Made by a program: the position numbers and the translations under genes. From NCBI GenBank assembly GCA_964649815.1, contig CAZYQC010000011.1:2403-66402 (forward strand): a stretch of 64,000 nt of DNA. The letters run 5' to 3'. Shown piece after piece: positions 47,995 through 57,449 of the stretch. The stretch comes from an uncultured Rhodobacterales bacterium (GTDB lineage: Bacteria; Pseudomonadota; Alphaproteobacteria; Rhodobacterales; Rhodobacteraceae). Below the pieces are notes generated by a model. That model saw only the letters and a list, made by a program, of their open reading frames with translations. It was not told the DNA's origin and searched no databases. Position 1 is the first letter of the stretch, and each line of letters starts with the position of its first letter.

Positions 47995-48468
47995 GTGACG
48001 GCTCACATTGTAAAACAACTGCCCCTACCGGTGTTCTCGGCACGCAAGTCAGAGTTGAGAACGCAATTTGCGGCGTTGTGCTGGCGGATCAAGGCGCAAA
48101 AGATCGAAATTCTCATGATCACGACCCGACGGTCGGGCCGCTGGGTCATTCCCAAAGGCTGGCCGATGGGCGGTGTGACACCGGGCGAAAGTGCGGCGCA
48201 AGAGGCATGGGAAGAAGCCGGCGTGAAAGGTGAGGTTGATCAGAGGCCGCTGGGTCTGTTTTCCTATGTTAAGGAAACCGAAAACGATCTGGATTTGCCT
48301 TGCGTCGCAATGGTTTACGGCGTGCGCGTCAAGTCGTTGTCAAAAGCTTACCCTGAAATGAAAGAACGCAAGCGCAAGTGGATGTCGCGGAAAAAGGCTG
48401 CGGCTGCGGTGGATTCGCCTGAGCTGTCGCGCATTTTGCGAGATTTCGATCCCCGTCGGCAACATTGA
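47995..48468 (+). CDS. NUDIX hydrolase
   Basis: Nudix box GGVTPGESAAQEAWEEAGVKG preceded by GRWVIPKGWP. GTG start. Confidence 0.8.
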   Translation: MTAHIVKQLPLPVFSARKSELRTQFAALCWRIKAQKIEILMITTRRSGRWVIPKGWPMGGVTPGESAAQEAWEEAGVKGEVDQRPLGLFSYVKETENDLDLPCVAMVYGVRVKSLSKAYPEMKERKRKWMSRKKAAAAVDSPELSRILRDFDPRRQH

Positions 48469-48525
48469 CGCGGCCCGCTGCAAGCGATTGCAAAGCCATT
48501 CCCCGCGCCTTACATTTCGCAAACC

Positions 48526-48948
48526 ATGATCAAATATGCTTTGAAATGTGATGCGAACCACAGTTTTGAAAGTTGGTTCCAATCGGCAGATGCCTTCGAC
48601 AAGTTGAAGGCGGCTGGGCATGTGTCTTGCGCCGTTTGTGGCAGCACGCAGGTCGAAAAAGCGTTGATGAAACCGCGGGTTACAACCGCGCGCAAAAAGG
48701 CGGCTGTTCCGGTGGAGGCGCCTGCAGCACCTTCTGAGATGGCCTTGGCCGAGATGCGCAAAAAGGTCGAGGAGAACTCGACCTGGGTTGGTGGATCGTT
48801 CGCCAAAGAGGCGCGCGCGATGCATGAAGGCACGTCGCCAGAGCGGGCCATTTGGGGTGAGGCGAATTTTGAAGATGCCAAATCGCTGATCGATGATGGC
48901 ATTCCGGTGGCGCCCCTGCCATTCGGACCCAAATCCAAAAGCAACTGA
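48526..48948 (+). CDS. DUF1178-family protein
   Basis: Characteristic N-terminus MIKYALKCDANHSFESWFQSADAFDKL with a CxxC (CAVCGS). Confidence 0.8.
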   Translation: MIKYALKCDANHSFESWFQSADAFDKLKAAGHVSCAVCGSTQVEKALMKPRVTTARKKAAVPVEAPAAPSEMALAEMRKKVEENSTWVGGSFAKEARAMHEGTSPERAIWGEANFEDAKSLIDDGIPVAPLPFGPKSKSN

Positions 48949-48958
48949 GAAGCATCAG

Positions 48959-49603
48959 ATGAACATCGTCATTACCGGAGCCAACCGCGGCATAGGTGCG
49001 CGGCTGGCAGATATGTATCGCGCTGGCGGTCATCACGTGATTGGAACAAGCCGCGCGGCGGATGCGGATTATCCATTGGACGTTCGCCAGCCCGAGTCGC
49101 ATGCGGCCTTTGCGGACAAGCTGGGGGCGCAGGCGATTGATTTGCTGGTTTGCAACGCAGGCGTCTATCTGGACCGGGGGCAGGACTTGGCCTCGGGCTA
49201 TGACGTCGCGCTTTGGCAAGACGCGTTTGCCGTCAACGTCACGGGCGTTTTCCTGTCCGTTCAAAGCCTCTTGCCGCATCTGTCGCGGTCCAAGGCGCCA
49301 AAGATTGCGATTATTTCAAGCCAAATGGCTTCGCACACGCGGGCGCCTGGCGGCTCTTACATCTATCGGTCTTCCAAGGCGGCAGTTTTGAACCTGGGGC
49401 GGAACCTGGCCTCTGACCTGCGGGCGCAGGGCATTCCGGTGGGCATTTACCACCCCGGTTGGGTGCAGACAGACATGGGCGGCGCGGCGGCGGATATCGA
49501 TGTGGATCAATCTGCCCAAGGGCTCATGGCCCGCTTTGACGCGCTTTCGCTTGAGACGACCGGCGTCTTCGAGACTTGGGACGGGCGGGCGCATCCCTAT
49601 TGA
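48959..49603 (+). CDS. Short-chain dehydrogenase/reductase (CsgA-like)
   Basis: ATG at 48959: MNIVITGANRGIGARLA (TGxxxGxG), YRSSKAA catalytic Tyr/Lys. Confidence 0.85.
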   Translation: MNIVITGANRGIGARLADMYRAGGHHVIGTSRAADADYPLDVRQPESHAAFADKLGAQAIDLLVCNAGVYLDRGQDLASGYDVALWQDAFAVNVTGVFLSVQSLLPHLSRSKAPKIAIISSQMASHTRAPGGSYIYRSSKAAVLNLGRNLASDLRAQGIPVGIYHPGWVQTDMGGAAADIDVDQSAQGLMARFDALSLETTGVFETWDGRAHPY

Positions 49604-49671
49604 GCCGAGCCTTGCTTGCAGACCACCCCGCAAGGGTCTAAGAGGCCTCCGACGTTAAGAACGGGGACAAT

Positions 49672-50910
49672 ATGCCTGTTTTGGTGATGAAATTCGGCGG
49701 CACGTCTGTGGCGACCCTGGACCGTATCCGGCGCGCGGCCAAGCGTGTCGGCGTAGAGGTTGCGAAAGGCTATGATGTCATCGTGATCGTGAGCGCTATG
49801 GCAGGTAAAACCAACGAGTTGGTTGGATGGGTGAACGAAACCTCGCCTTTGTTCGACGCGCGCGAATACGACGCTGTGGTCAGCTCGGGCGAGAATGTGA
49901 CCGCCGGATTGATGGCGCTGACATTGCAGGAAATGGAAGTTCCGGCGCGGTCCTGGCAGGGCTGGCAAGTGCCGCTGAAGACGACCTCGGCGCATGGAAC
50001 GGCGCGGATCGAAGAGATCCCGACCGACAACATAAACGCCAAATTCGCCGAAGGCATGCGGGTTGCTGTGGTTGCAGGGTTCCAGGGTATCAGCCCAGAA
50101 GGCCGGATCACCACCTTGGGCAGAGGCGGCTCTGACACGACGGCTGTGGCGTTTGCAGCGGCCTTCGATGCAGAGCGCTGCGACATCTACACGGACGTGG
50201 ACGGTGTCTACACCACAGACCCACGCGTGTCGCCAAAGGCGCGCAAGCTTGAAAAAATCGCGTTCGAAGAAATGCTAGAGTTGGCGAGCTTGGGTGCAAA
50301 AGTTCTGCAGACCCGTTCGGTTGAATTGGCCATGCGGTACAATGTGCGCCTGCGGGTGCTGTCGAGTTTTGAAGAACAATCTGACAATGCGGGCACACTG
50401 GTTTGTGCGGAGGATGATATCGTGGAAAGCAATGTAGTGGCCGGCGTGGCCTATAGCCGTGACGAAGCGAAAATGACGCTGGTGAGCGTGGCAGACCGCC
50501 CTGGCATCGCCGCCACGATCTTTACAACGCTCAGCGAGGCGGGCGTTTTGGTTGATATGATCGTCCAGAACATCGCCGAGGACGAGCGTACAGATATGAC
50601 GTTCTCTTGCCCCACAGACCAAGTGACCCGGGCCGAAGCGGCGATGGCCAAGGCCAAGGAAGAAGGTCTGGTCAATTTCCAGGAGCTGATCGCCGACACG
50701 GATGTCGCCAAGGTTTCGGTTGTCGGGATCGGGATGCGCTCTCACACCGGGGTGGCGGCCAAGATGTTCCAATGCCTCTCAAGCGAGGGGATCAACATCA
50801 AGGTTATCACAACCTCCGAGATCAAGATCTCGGTCCTGATTGATCGCAAATACATGGAACTGGCTGTCCAGGCGCTCCATGATGCGTTCGAGCTGGACAA
50901 AGCGGCCTGA
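49672..50910 (+). CDS. lysC: Aspartate kinase
   Basis: VMKFGGTSV start motif, kinase core, two C-terminal ACT domains. Confidence 0.95.
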   Translation: MPVLVMKFGGTSVATLDRIRRAAKRVGVEVAKGYDVIVIVSAMAGKTNELVGWVNETSPLFDAREYDAVVSSGENVTAGLMALTLQEMEVPARSWQGWQVPLKTTSAHGTARIEEIPTDNINAKFAEGMRVAVVAGFQGISPEGRITTLGRGGSDTTAVAFAAAFDAERCDIYTDVDGVYTTDPRVSPKARKLEKIAFEEMLELASLGAKVLQTRSVELAMRYNVRLRVLSSFEEQSDNAGTLVCAEDDIVESNVVAGVAYSRDEAKMTLVSVADRPGIAATIFTTLSEAGVLVDMIVQNIAEDERTDMTFSCPTDQVTRAEAAMAKAKEEGLVNFQELIADTDVAKVSVVGIGMRSHTGVAAKMFQCLSSEGINIKVITTSEIKISVLIDRKYMELAVQALHDAFELDKAA

Positions 50911-51030
50911 GCGATAGGCATATGCGCGGCGGCCAGACAGGAAATCTGGCCTGAACGAGAATTCCCATTTCGTTCTCGGCACCTTCGTGGTGTAAGGTGA
51001 CGTTCGGACGCAGTCTCGGGAGGACCGGCA

Positions 51031-53271
51031 ATGCCGGACGGGGTGGAATCAGAAAGCCGTAAGTTGCTTGTGCGCTTGCGGGACGCGATGGCGGGCGATG
51101 ACCCAGGTCAGGCGCGTCTCGACAAGATCACGCATCTTATCGCTGACTCGATGGGCAGCGAAGTCTGCTCCATTTACCTGTTCCGCGACGACGACACGCT
51201 TGAATTATGCGCAACCGAGGGTCTGAACCAGGACGCGGTGCACAAAACGCGGATGAAGCTTGGCGAAGGTCTTGTGGGGCGCGTGGCGCGGCGGCGGCAG
51301 GTCGTCAACACGGCGAATGCCCCGCAAACGCGCGGCTTTCGGTATATGCCGGAGACCGGGGAAGAGGTTTATTCAAGCTTTATCGGTATCCCGATTCAGC
51401 GCCTGGGCGAGTCGCTGGGCGTTTTGGTGGTGCAATCGAAAGAAGCGCGCGAATTCACCACGGATGAGGTCTATGCCCTCGAAGTGGTCGCAATGGTGCT
51501 GGCCGAAATGGCCGAGTTGGGCGCTTTTGTTGGCGATGGCGCCGCGCTGAGCGCACGGCATTCGCAACCTGCGTTGTTGCGCGGGATCGTCGCGCAGGAA
51601 GGGGCCGCCGAAGGCCACATTTGGCTGCACGAGCCGCGGGTGGTCGTGACAAACCCCGTTGCCGACGACCCACATCGAGAGCTTGAGCGTCTGTCGGCGG
51701 CGGTGGATGAGCTGCGCGTCGGCGTGGACAAGATGCTGGCGATGGCGGCTGGTGACCGTGATCAGACCGAAGTTCTGGAAACGTACCGCATGTTTGCCAA
51801 TTCGAAAGGCTGGATGCGGCGGATGGAGGAAGACATCAGCCGAGGCCTGTCCGCCGAAGCAGCCGTCGAAAAGGAACAATCTCTGGCGCGCGGGCGCATG
51901 GGCCAATCCAATGACGCCTATCTGCGCGAGCGGTTGAGCGATTTGGATGATCTGTCGAACCGCCTGCTGCGTATTTTGACGGGGCAGGGGCAGAACACGG
52001 GCGCCGAGATGCCAGCGGACCCGATCCTGGTCGCGCGCAACATCGGACCGGCCGAGTTGCTGGACTATGGCCGGTCGCTCAAGGGCATATTGCTAGAGGC
52101 CGGTTCCGTCGGCAGCCACGCGGCGATTGTCGCGCGGGCCTTGGCGATCCCGCTTTTGGTGAACGTGGATCGTGTCACCACCGAGGCGTTGAACGGCGAT
52201 CACGTGATGGTCGACGGTGAGCAAGGCGTTGTGCATCTGCGGCCCGAGGACACGGTTGTCACGGCGTTCCGGGACAAGATGGCGATGGAGGCCGAGGCGC
52301 TCAAACGCTACGAATCCATTCGCGACAAACCGGCCGAGACGCTCTGCGGTGCGGTCGTTGGCTTGCAGATGAACGCAGGTTTGATGGCCGATCTGCCGTC
52401 GCTGCCGTCGTCTGGGGCCGAAGGTGTTGGGCTGTTTCGGACCGAATTGCAGTTTTTGGTGCGCAACCAGATGCCGCGCCGGACAGAATTGGCCGCCACA
52501 TATGCCCGTGTGATGGATGCCGCCCAGGGCAAACGGGTTGTGTTTCGAACGCTCGACATCGGGTCGGATAAGGTTCTGCCTTACATGAAACCCAACGAAG
52601 AGCCGAACCCGGCCTTGGGCTGGCGCGCCATTCGCGTGGGTCTCGACAAACCTGGCGTTTTGCGGATGCAGCTGCAGGCCTTGATGCGCGCAGCCAACGG
52701 GCGGCCTTTGTCGGTGATGTTCCCATTTGTGGCGCAATACGAGGAATACACGCGCGCCCGGGCCGAGGTGGACAAGGCCTATGAACGCGAGCGGCGCTTG
52801 GGGCATCCGTTGCCGTCAGACATCGAAATCGGCGCGATGTTAGAGACACCGTCGCTGGCCTTTGCACCGATGAAGTTCTTTGAAGAGGTCGGCTTCTTGT
52901 CGATTGGCGGGAACGATTTGAAACAGTTTTTCTTTGCCGCGGACCGCGAGAATGAGCGGGTGCGGCGGCGTTATGACTCGCTCAACGTGTCGTTCCTGAG
53001 CTTCATCGAACGGATTGTGGAGCGTTGTGCCATCACCAACACACCGCTGAGTTTCTGCGGCGAGGACGCTGGCCGGCCTGTCGAGGCGCTGTGCCTGGCG
53101 TCTATCGGGATGCGGACGTTGTCGATGCGACCTGCATCAATTGGGCCTGTTAAGTCATTGCTTAGACGGTCAAATTTGGAAGAGGTGCGCAAGGTTATCA
53201 CAGATGCCCGCCATCGCGGTGAAATGTCGGTCAGGCCCGCGATTATGGACTATTTGCGCCAAACCTCATAA
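51031..53271 (+). CDS. ptsP: Phosphoenolpyruvate-protein phosphotransferase PtsP (EI-Ntr) with N-terminal GAF domain
   Basis: GAF region (res about 20-160). Phospho-His block GSVGSHAAIVARALAIP. PEP-utilising C-domain (FRTEL, SIGGNDL). Confidence 0.95.
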   Translation: MPDGVESESRKLLVRLRDAMAGDDPGQARLDKITHLIADSMGSEVCSIYLFRDDDTLELCATEGLNQDAVHKTRMKLGEGLVGRVARRRQVVNTANAPQTRGFRYMPETGEEVYSSFIGIPIQRLGESLGVLVVQSKEAREFTTDEVYALEVVAMVLAEMAELGAFVGDGAALSARHSQPALLRGIVAQEGAAEGHIWLHEPRVVVTNPVADDPHRELERLSAAVDELRVGVDKMLAMAAGDRDQTEVLETYRMFANSKGWMRRMEEDISRGLSAEAAVEKEQSLARGRMGQSNDAYLRERLSDLDDLSNRLLRILTGQGQNTGAEMPADPILVARNIGPAELLDYGRSLKGILLEAGSVGSHAAIVARALAIPLLVNVDRVTTEALNGDHVMVDGEQGVVHLRPEDTVVTAFRDKMAMEAEALKRYESIRDKPAETLCGAVVGLQMNAGLMADLPSLPSSGAEGVGLFRTELQFLVRNQMPRRTELAATYARVMDAAQGKRVVFRTLDIGSDKVLPYMKPNEEPNPALGWRAIRVGLDKPGVLRMQLQALMRAANGRPLSVMFPFVAQYEEYTRARAEVDKAYERERRLGHPLPSDIEIGAMLETPSLAFAPMKFFEEVGFLSIGGNDLKQFFFAADRENERVRRRYDSLNVSFLSFIERIVERCAITNTPLSFCGEDAGRPVEALCLASIGMRTLSMRPASIGPVKSLLRRSNLEEVRKVITDARHRGEMSVRPAIMDYLRQTS

Positions 53272-53503
53272 CTCATATATTTCAACTACTTGCCGGCAAA
53301 ACCTAAGGTATTCTGCCTGTGATCGCGAATTTGCGAGCCAATGACCTGTGGGTAAGTCGATCTATGCCGCACGTCTTAAACAGACATTCTTGGCAGTTTA
53401 TCCCCAGTATTTGATCCCAACTATCACAATCCCGACCTTTGCGATATTTGTTCTTCAGCCAATCACCAGCGTTGGAACGCGCCAAATCTAAGCGCTTTTC
53501 AAC

Positions 53504-53530
53504 AAAAAAGCCGCACGAAAGCCGCGCGGC
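53504..53530 (-). terminator. Intrinsic terminator of the 53559-53990 gene
   Basis: Minus-strand RNA gccgcgc-ggcuuuc-gugcggc (7-bp stem including one G.U) followed by UUUUUUG (plus-strand A-run at 53504-53509). 29 nt after the stop codon. Confidence 0.6.
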
Positions 53531-53558
53531 GTTTTCCTCAAAGAGGGAACAGAGGCAG

Positions 53559-53990
53559 TCAGTTTCTAACGCATGTGCCGTGGCCATAGACCTGCGAGTA
53601 ATATTCGCGGTCGACGCCGTTCAGAACCGCCCCGTTGGTCGCCAGGTTGATGTTCAGGTTGTAATTCACCACGCCATCGGTCACGCGATGTTCAAAACCT
53701 TTGTAGTCGAGGCCGACCAGTTTCCACTTCAGTTTGATGCGCTTGGGCGAATAAAGATCAATTTCGGCGTTGATCGGTCGTGCGGACAGTTGTTCGGTGA
53801 ATTCATCTTTCACAAATGCGACCCATTTGCCGGGTTCTACATCGACGGTGAGGGTTGCGGGCGCTGGGCCGCGCTTGGACCGTTCGGGAAAGGTGCAGGT
53901 GAATGCGTCACGTGCCGCCAGCGGCGTCGCGAGTGTGGCGCAGGCCAGCGTTGTCACGAGGATGGATCTGAGGCGAAAAGGAGCACGCAT
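53559..53990 (-). CDS. Hypothetical secreted protein (143 aa)
   Basis: Signal peptide MRAPFRLRSILVTTLACATLATPLAA. Mature part is beta-rich by eye, with Cys near each end (CTFPE... and ...HGTCVRN). No family recognised. Confidence 0.6.
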   Translation of the reverse strand: MRAPFRLRSILVTTLACATLATPLAARDAFTCTFPERSKRGPAPATLTVDVEPGKWVAFVKDEFTEQLSARPINAEIDLYSPKRIKLKWKLVGLDYKGFEHRVTDGVVNYNLNINLATNGAVLNGVDREYYSQVYGHGTCVRN

Positions 53991-54089
53991 GTGGGGAATC
54001 CTATGGCTGATAATTCAACCATAGATCACGCAGCAGCCCCAGGCGCAAGACCCGCAGGTGCCGGATGTGGTGTCGATTTTTTGTAACCT

Positions 54090-55151
54090 TTAGCGAATGC
54101 GCTTTTCGGTTTTTGGATCGAAAAACAACACCTTATCAGCCTCAAAGGATACGGTGACAGCGGTGCCTTCGGGCATGGCAAGATCATCGCGGCTTTCGAC
54201 GATCAAACGCTCGCCCGTGGGAGTTGCGAGGTAATCGTAAGCCACGCCGCCCAGACGTTCGCGGATGTCCAGGGTGACGTCGCTTTCGCCGGCGGTGATG
54301 GCCATATCCTGTGGGCGCATGCCAACGATGACCGTGTTGCCGGGGGCGGGCAGATTGACGTTGGACTGAATCACTGTTCCAGGCAGGGCGGGTACGTCGA
54401 CCCCTGCCTCGGTGATTTTGCCTTCGACAAAGTTCATCGCAGGCGAGCCGATAAAGCCTGCCACGAATTTGTTGTCAGGGTCTTTGTAAAGATCCATCGG
54501 TGCGCCGACCTGTTCAACATAGCCCGCCCGCAGCACGACGATCTTGTCGGCCAGGGTCATCGCTTCGACCTGGTCATGGGTGACGTAGATCATCGTTGCG
54601 CCGATTTCCTTATGCAGGCGCGCGATTTCGACGCGCATGTCCACGCGCAGTTCCGCGTCAAGGTTCGACAGGGGCTCATCGAACAAGAAAACCTCGGGGC
54701 CACGCACAATTGCGCGCCCAATGGCAACGCGCTGTCGCTGCCCACCCGAGAGCGCGGCGGGTTTGCGATCAAGGTAGTCGTCCAGCTTGAGAATGCGCGA
54801 GGCTTCGTTGACCTTGCGCGCGATTTCGTCCTTGGGGACGTTGTTCATCCGCAGACCAAACCCCATATTCTCGCGCACAGTCATGTGCGGATACAGGGCG
54901 TAAGTTTGGAACACCATCGCGACACCGCGCTCGGCAGGGTCGACATGGGTGACATTGCGCGCGCCGATATTGATCGCGCCGTCTGAGGTTTCTTCCAACC
55001 CGGCGATCATCCGCAGCAACGTGGATTTGCCGCAACCCGAGGGGCCTACAAAAACGCAGAACTCACCGTCTTCGATCTGAAGGTCGACGTTGTGAATCAC
55101 TTGCACGTCGCCATAGCGCTTGACTGCTTGTTCCAAAGTGACGCCGGACAT
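54090..55151 (-). CDS. Sugar ABC transporter ATP-binding protein (MalK/UgpC type)
   Basis: Walker A GPSGCGKST, signature LSGGQRQRVAIGRA, Walker B LFDEPLSNLD, C-terminal TOBE-like regulatory domain. Confidence 0.95.
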   Translation of the reverse strand: MSGVTLEQAVKRYGDVQVIHNVDLQIEDGEFCVFVGPSGCGKSTLLRMIAGLEETSDGAINIGARNVTHVDPAERGVAMVFQTYALYPHMTVRENMGFGLRMNNVPKDEIARKVNEASRILKLDDYLDRKPAALSGGQRQRVAIGRAIVRGPEVFLFDEPLSNLDAELRVDMRVEIARLHKEIGATMIYVTHDQVEAMTLADKIVVLRAGYVEQVGAPMDLYKDPDNKFVAGFIGSPAMNFVEGKITEAGVDVPALPGTVIQSNVNLPAPGNTVIVGMRPQDMAITAGESDVTLDIRERLGGVAYDYLATPTGERLIVESRDDLAMPEGTAVTVSFEADKVLFFDPKTEKRIR

Positions 55152-55160
55152 GGGGCCTCC

Positions 55161-55949
55161 TTATTCCGTAGGGAATTGCCAGGTTTCCGCCGCATCGGCG
55201 ATGCCGCGGGCGGTTGATTGAATGAGAGGGGCGAGCTCTGCGAGATCGTCCAATGATTTGCGCGAGGTCGCGGTGGTCACCGACAGCCCGCCCAAAACCC
55301 GCCCGCGGGCCGAACAGATCGGAGCAGCGACGCAAATGATGCCGGGTTCATGTTCTTCGCGATCAAAGGCGATGCCTTCGGTTTGAATGGCCGCCAGCTC
55401 TGCGCGCAGCTCGGCGGCGCTGCATAATGTGCTGGCGGTGTGCGCAAAAAAGGCCTGACGCGCGATTGCGCTGGCTTGGGCCTCGGGTTCAAGAAAGGCC
55501 ATCATCGCCTTGCCGACGCCGGTGCAGTATCCTGGGCCGACTTTGCCAGCTTGGCTAAACATTTCAATGGGTTGCTTGGCGTTCCTCTTGTCAACATAGA
55601 GGACCTGACCGCCATCGAGTTGCGCAAGATGCACTGTCTCACCCACATCGTCAGAGAGCTTGTCCAGAAAGGGCCGCGCGATGGGTGCCAGCGCCGATTG
55701 CCGCCAAGCGGCGTGGGCCAGACGCACCAACCTCAGGCCCGGGGCATAGGTTTGGCGGTCGATGTCATATTGCAAAAGGCCGGTGCCCGTCAGCGATTGC
55801 ACCAACCTGTAAAGGGTCGCTTTGGGCAGGTAGGAATGCGACAAAAGCTCGGAAAAGCGCACGGGGCGGTCGAAATCGGCGACAAGATCCAGAACCATAG
55901 CCGCTTTGGCCACAGTGCCTTCGCCCGGCGTCCCGATTTGGTCGCCCAT
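55161..55949 (-). CDS. IclR-family transcriptional regulator
   Basis: ATG at 55949 with SD GGGGGAG. N-terminal wHTH (VAKAAMVLDLVADFDRPVRFSELL...TLYRLVQSL) and IclR effector domain. Confidence 0.85.
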   Translation of the reverse strand: MGDQIGTPGEGTVAKAAMVLDLVADFDRPVRFSELLSHSYLPKATLYRLVQSLTGTGLLQYDIDRQTYAPGLRLVRLAHAAWRQSALAPIARPFLDKLSDDVGETVHLAQLDGGQVLYVDKRNAKQPIEMFSQAGKVGPGYCTGVGKAMMAFLEPEAQASAIARQAFFAHTASTLCSAAELRAELAAIQTEGIAFDREEHEPGIICVAAPICSARGRVLGGLSVTTATSRKSLDDLAELAPLIQSTARGIADAAETWQFPTE

Positions 55950-55990
55950 GTCTCCCCCCTGATTGTTTGGCCGTTTTTTGCGAGAATCTG

Positions 55991-56055
55991 TTGACCTGAG
56001 CAAATACGGTCCGCATAGTTTCATTAGTTGGAAACAGGTTTCACTATGTGGAACC
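55991..56055 (+). promoter_or_regulatory. Sigma70-like promoter plus two tandem 18-bp operator-like boxes upstream of the sugar ABC operon
   Basis: TTGACC (55991-55996), 17-nt spacer, CATAGT (56014-56019). Box 1 GTTTCATTAGTTGGAAAC (56018-56035). Box 2 GTTTCACTATGTGGAACC (56038-56055). 14/18 identical, 20-bp register, each with GTTTC/GAAAC-type arms. Confidence 0.4.
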
Positions 56056-56109
56056 ATCTGTCAAAGAAAAAATTGGCAGGACGGAACCAAGGCCAACTGG
56101 GAGGAAACC

Positions 56110-57333
56110 ATGATCAAGACTTTGAAGGGTGCGGTCGCCGCACTCGCTCTGACGGCGACGTCTGCCCTTGCGGGCGACCTTGTCATCAACTTTGACGACC
56201 TCAACCCGGGCCCGAAGAAGGGCTTTGATGATGCTGTGGCGCAATTCCAAAAGGAAAACCCGGACATCAACGTGATCGTCAACAACAACGACCGCGAAGC
56301 GCACAAGACTGCGATCCGCAACTTTTTGACCGCTGACGCGCCTGACGTGACAAGCTGGTATCCCGGCAACCGCATGGCGCCTTTCGTGGATGCGGGCCTT
56401 TTCCAGCCGGTTGATGACGTTTGGGAAGAGAACGGATTCAACGAAGACCTCGCCGCGATCAAAGCCACGATGAGCCGTGATGGCAAAATCTGGGGTGTGC
56501 CATACAGCTATTATCAGTGGGGCATCTATTACCGCAAAGACATCTTTGACCTGCTTGAGCTGGAAGAGCCTCAGACATGGGACGAGCTGTTGGCAGCCTG
56601 TGGCAAGATGAAAGCCAACGGCGTGACGCCGTTCACGATTGGCACCAAGTTCCTGTGGACTGCGGCGGGTGTCTTTGACTACCTCAACCTGCGGACCAAC
56701 GGTTATGACGTGCACAACGACCTGACCGCCGGCAAGATCAAGTACACCGACCCACGCATCGTGAAGACCTTTGAAAACTGGAAGGTCCTGATCGATGAAT
56801 GTGGTTTCGTCGACAACCACGCCTCGATGTCCTGGCAGGACGCCATCGCGCCTTTCGCCAATGGCGACGCGGCGATGTATGTGATGGGCAACTTCTCGGT
56901 TGATGGCTACAAAAACGCTGGTCTGACCGAAGACCAAATCGACTTTATGCCATTCCCGACAATCGATCCGGCCGTGCCATTGGCCGAAGAAGCGCCTGCG
57001 GACGCCTTCTTCATTCCAACAAATGCCAAGAATGTCGAAGACGCGAAAAAGTTCCTGGCCTTTGTGGCGCGCCCTGACGTTCAGACGCAGTGGAACAAGA
57101 CAATCGGTCAATTGCCGATCAACGCCAAAGCCGAGATCTCTGACGACAAGTTCATTCAAGAAGGCTTTGCCCTGCTGAACTCTGCAACAGGTATCGCGCA
57201 ATTCTATGACCGTGACGCGCCTGCGGCGATGGCCAAGGCCGGCATGGAAGGCTTCCAAGAGTTCATGCTGGACCCATCCAAGATGATGGCCGTGCTTGAG
57301 CGTCTCGATCAAGTACAAGAAGAAGTGTACTAA
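56110..57333 (+). CDS. Sugar ABC transporter periplasmic substrate-binding protein (family 1)
   Basis: ATG at 56110 with SD GGGAGG. Signal peptide MIKTLKGAVAALALTATSALA. Typical SBP_bac_1 composition. Confidence 0.9.
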   Translation: MIKTLKGAVAALALTATSALAGDLVINFDDLNPGPKKGFDDAVAQFQKENPDINVIVNNNDREAHKTAIRNFLTADAPDVTSWYPGNRMAPFVDAGLFQPVDDVWEENGFNEDLAAIKATMSRDGKIWGVPYSYYQWGIYYRKDIFDLLELEEPQTWDELLAACGKMKANGVTPFTIGTKFLWTAAGVFDYLNLRTNGYDVHNDLTAGKIKYTDPRIVKTFENWKVLIDECGFVDNHASMSWQDAIAPFANGDAAMYVMGNFSVDGYKNAGLTEDQIDFMPFPTIDPAVPLAEEAPADAFFIPTNAKNVEDAKKFLAFVARPDVQTQWNKTIGQLPINAKAEISDDKFIQEGFALLNSATGIAQFYDRDAPAAMAKAGMEGFQEFMLDPSKMMAVLERLDQVQEEVY

Positions 57334-57345
57334 TACCAATGAGTT

Positions 57346-57366
57346 AGGGCGGGATTGTCCCGCCCT
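57346..57366 (+). other. GC-rich stem-loop immediately after the SBP gene (mRNA-stabilising or attenuating hairpin)
   Basis: agggcggga (57346-57354) / tcccgccct (57358-57366), 9-bp stem, 3-nt loop. Further GC hairpins lie up to about 57410. No clear U-tract. Confidence 0.4.
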
Positions 57367-57449
57367 TACTCTCTGCGGAGCGTGGCCTCCGCCCGGCGCG
57401 GGCCATCCCGCCATTTTCATAGTTTTTAGCGCTGATCGCGAGGTCGCTT

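Noticed and set aside
53303-53587. 94-codon minus-strand ORF in the ptsP downstream spacer
   Set aside because: Its start lies inside the 3' end of the 143-aa gene in another frame, and it reads through that gene's terminator hairpin. That is implausible for a real gene.
56044-57420. 458-aa minus-strand ORF opposite the sugar-binding protein gene
   Set aside because: Codon-aligned antisense of the SBP gene (offset 66 nt). No motifs.
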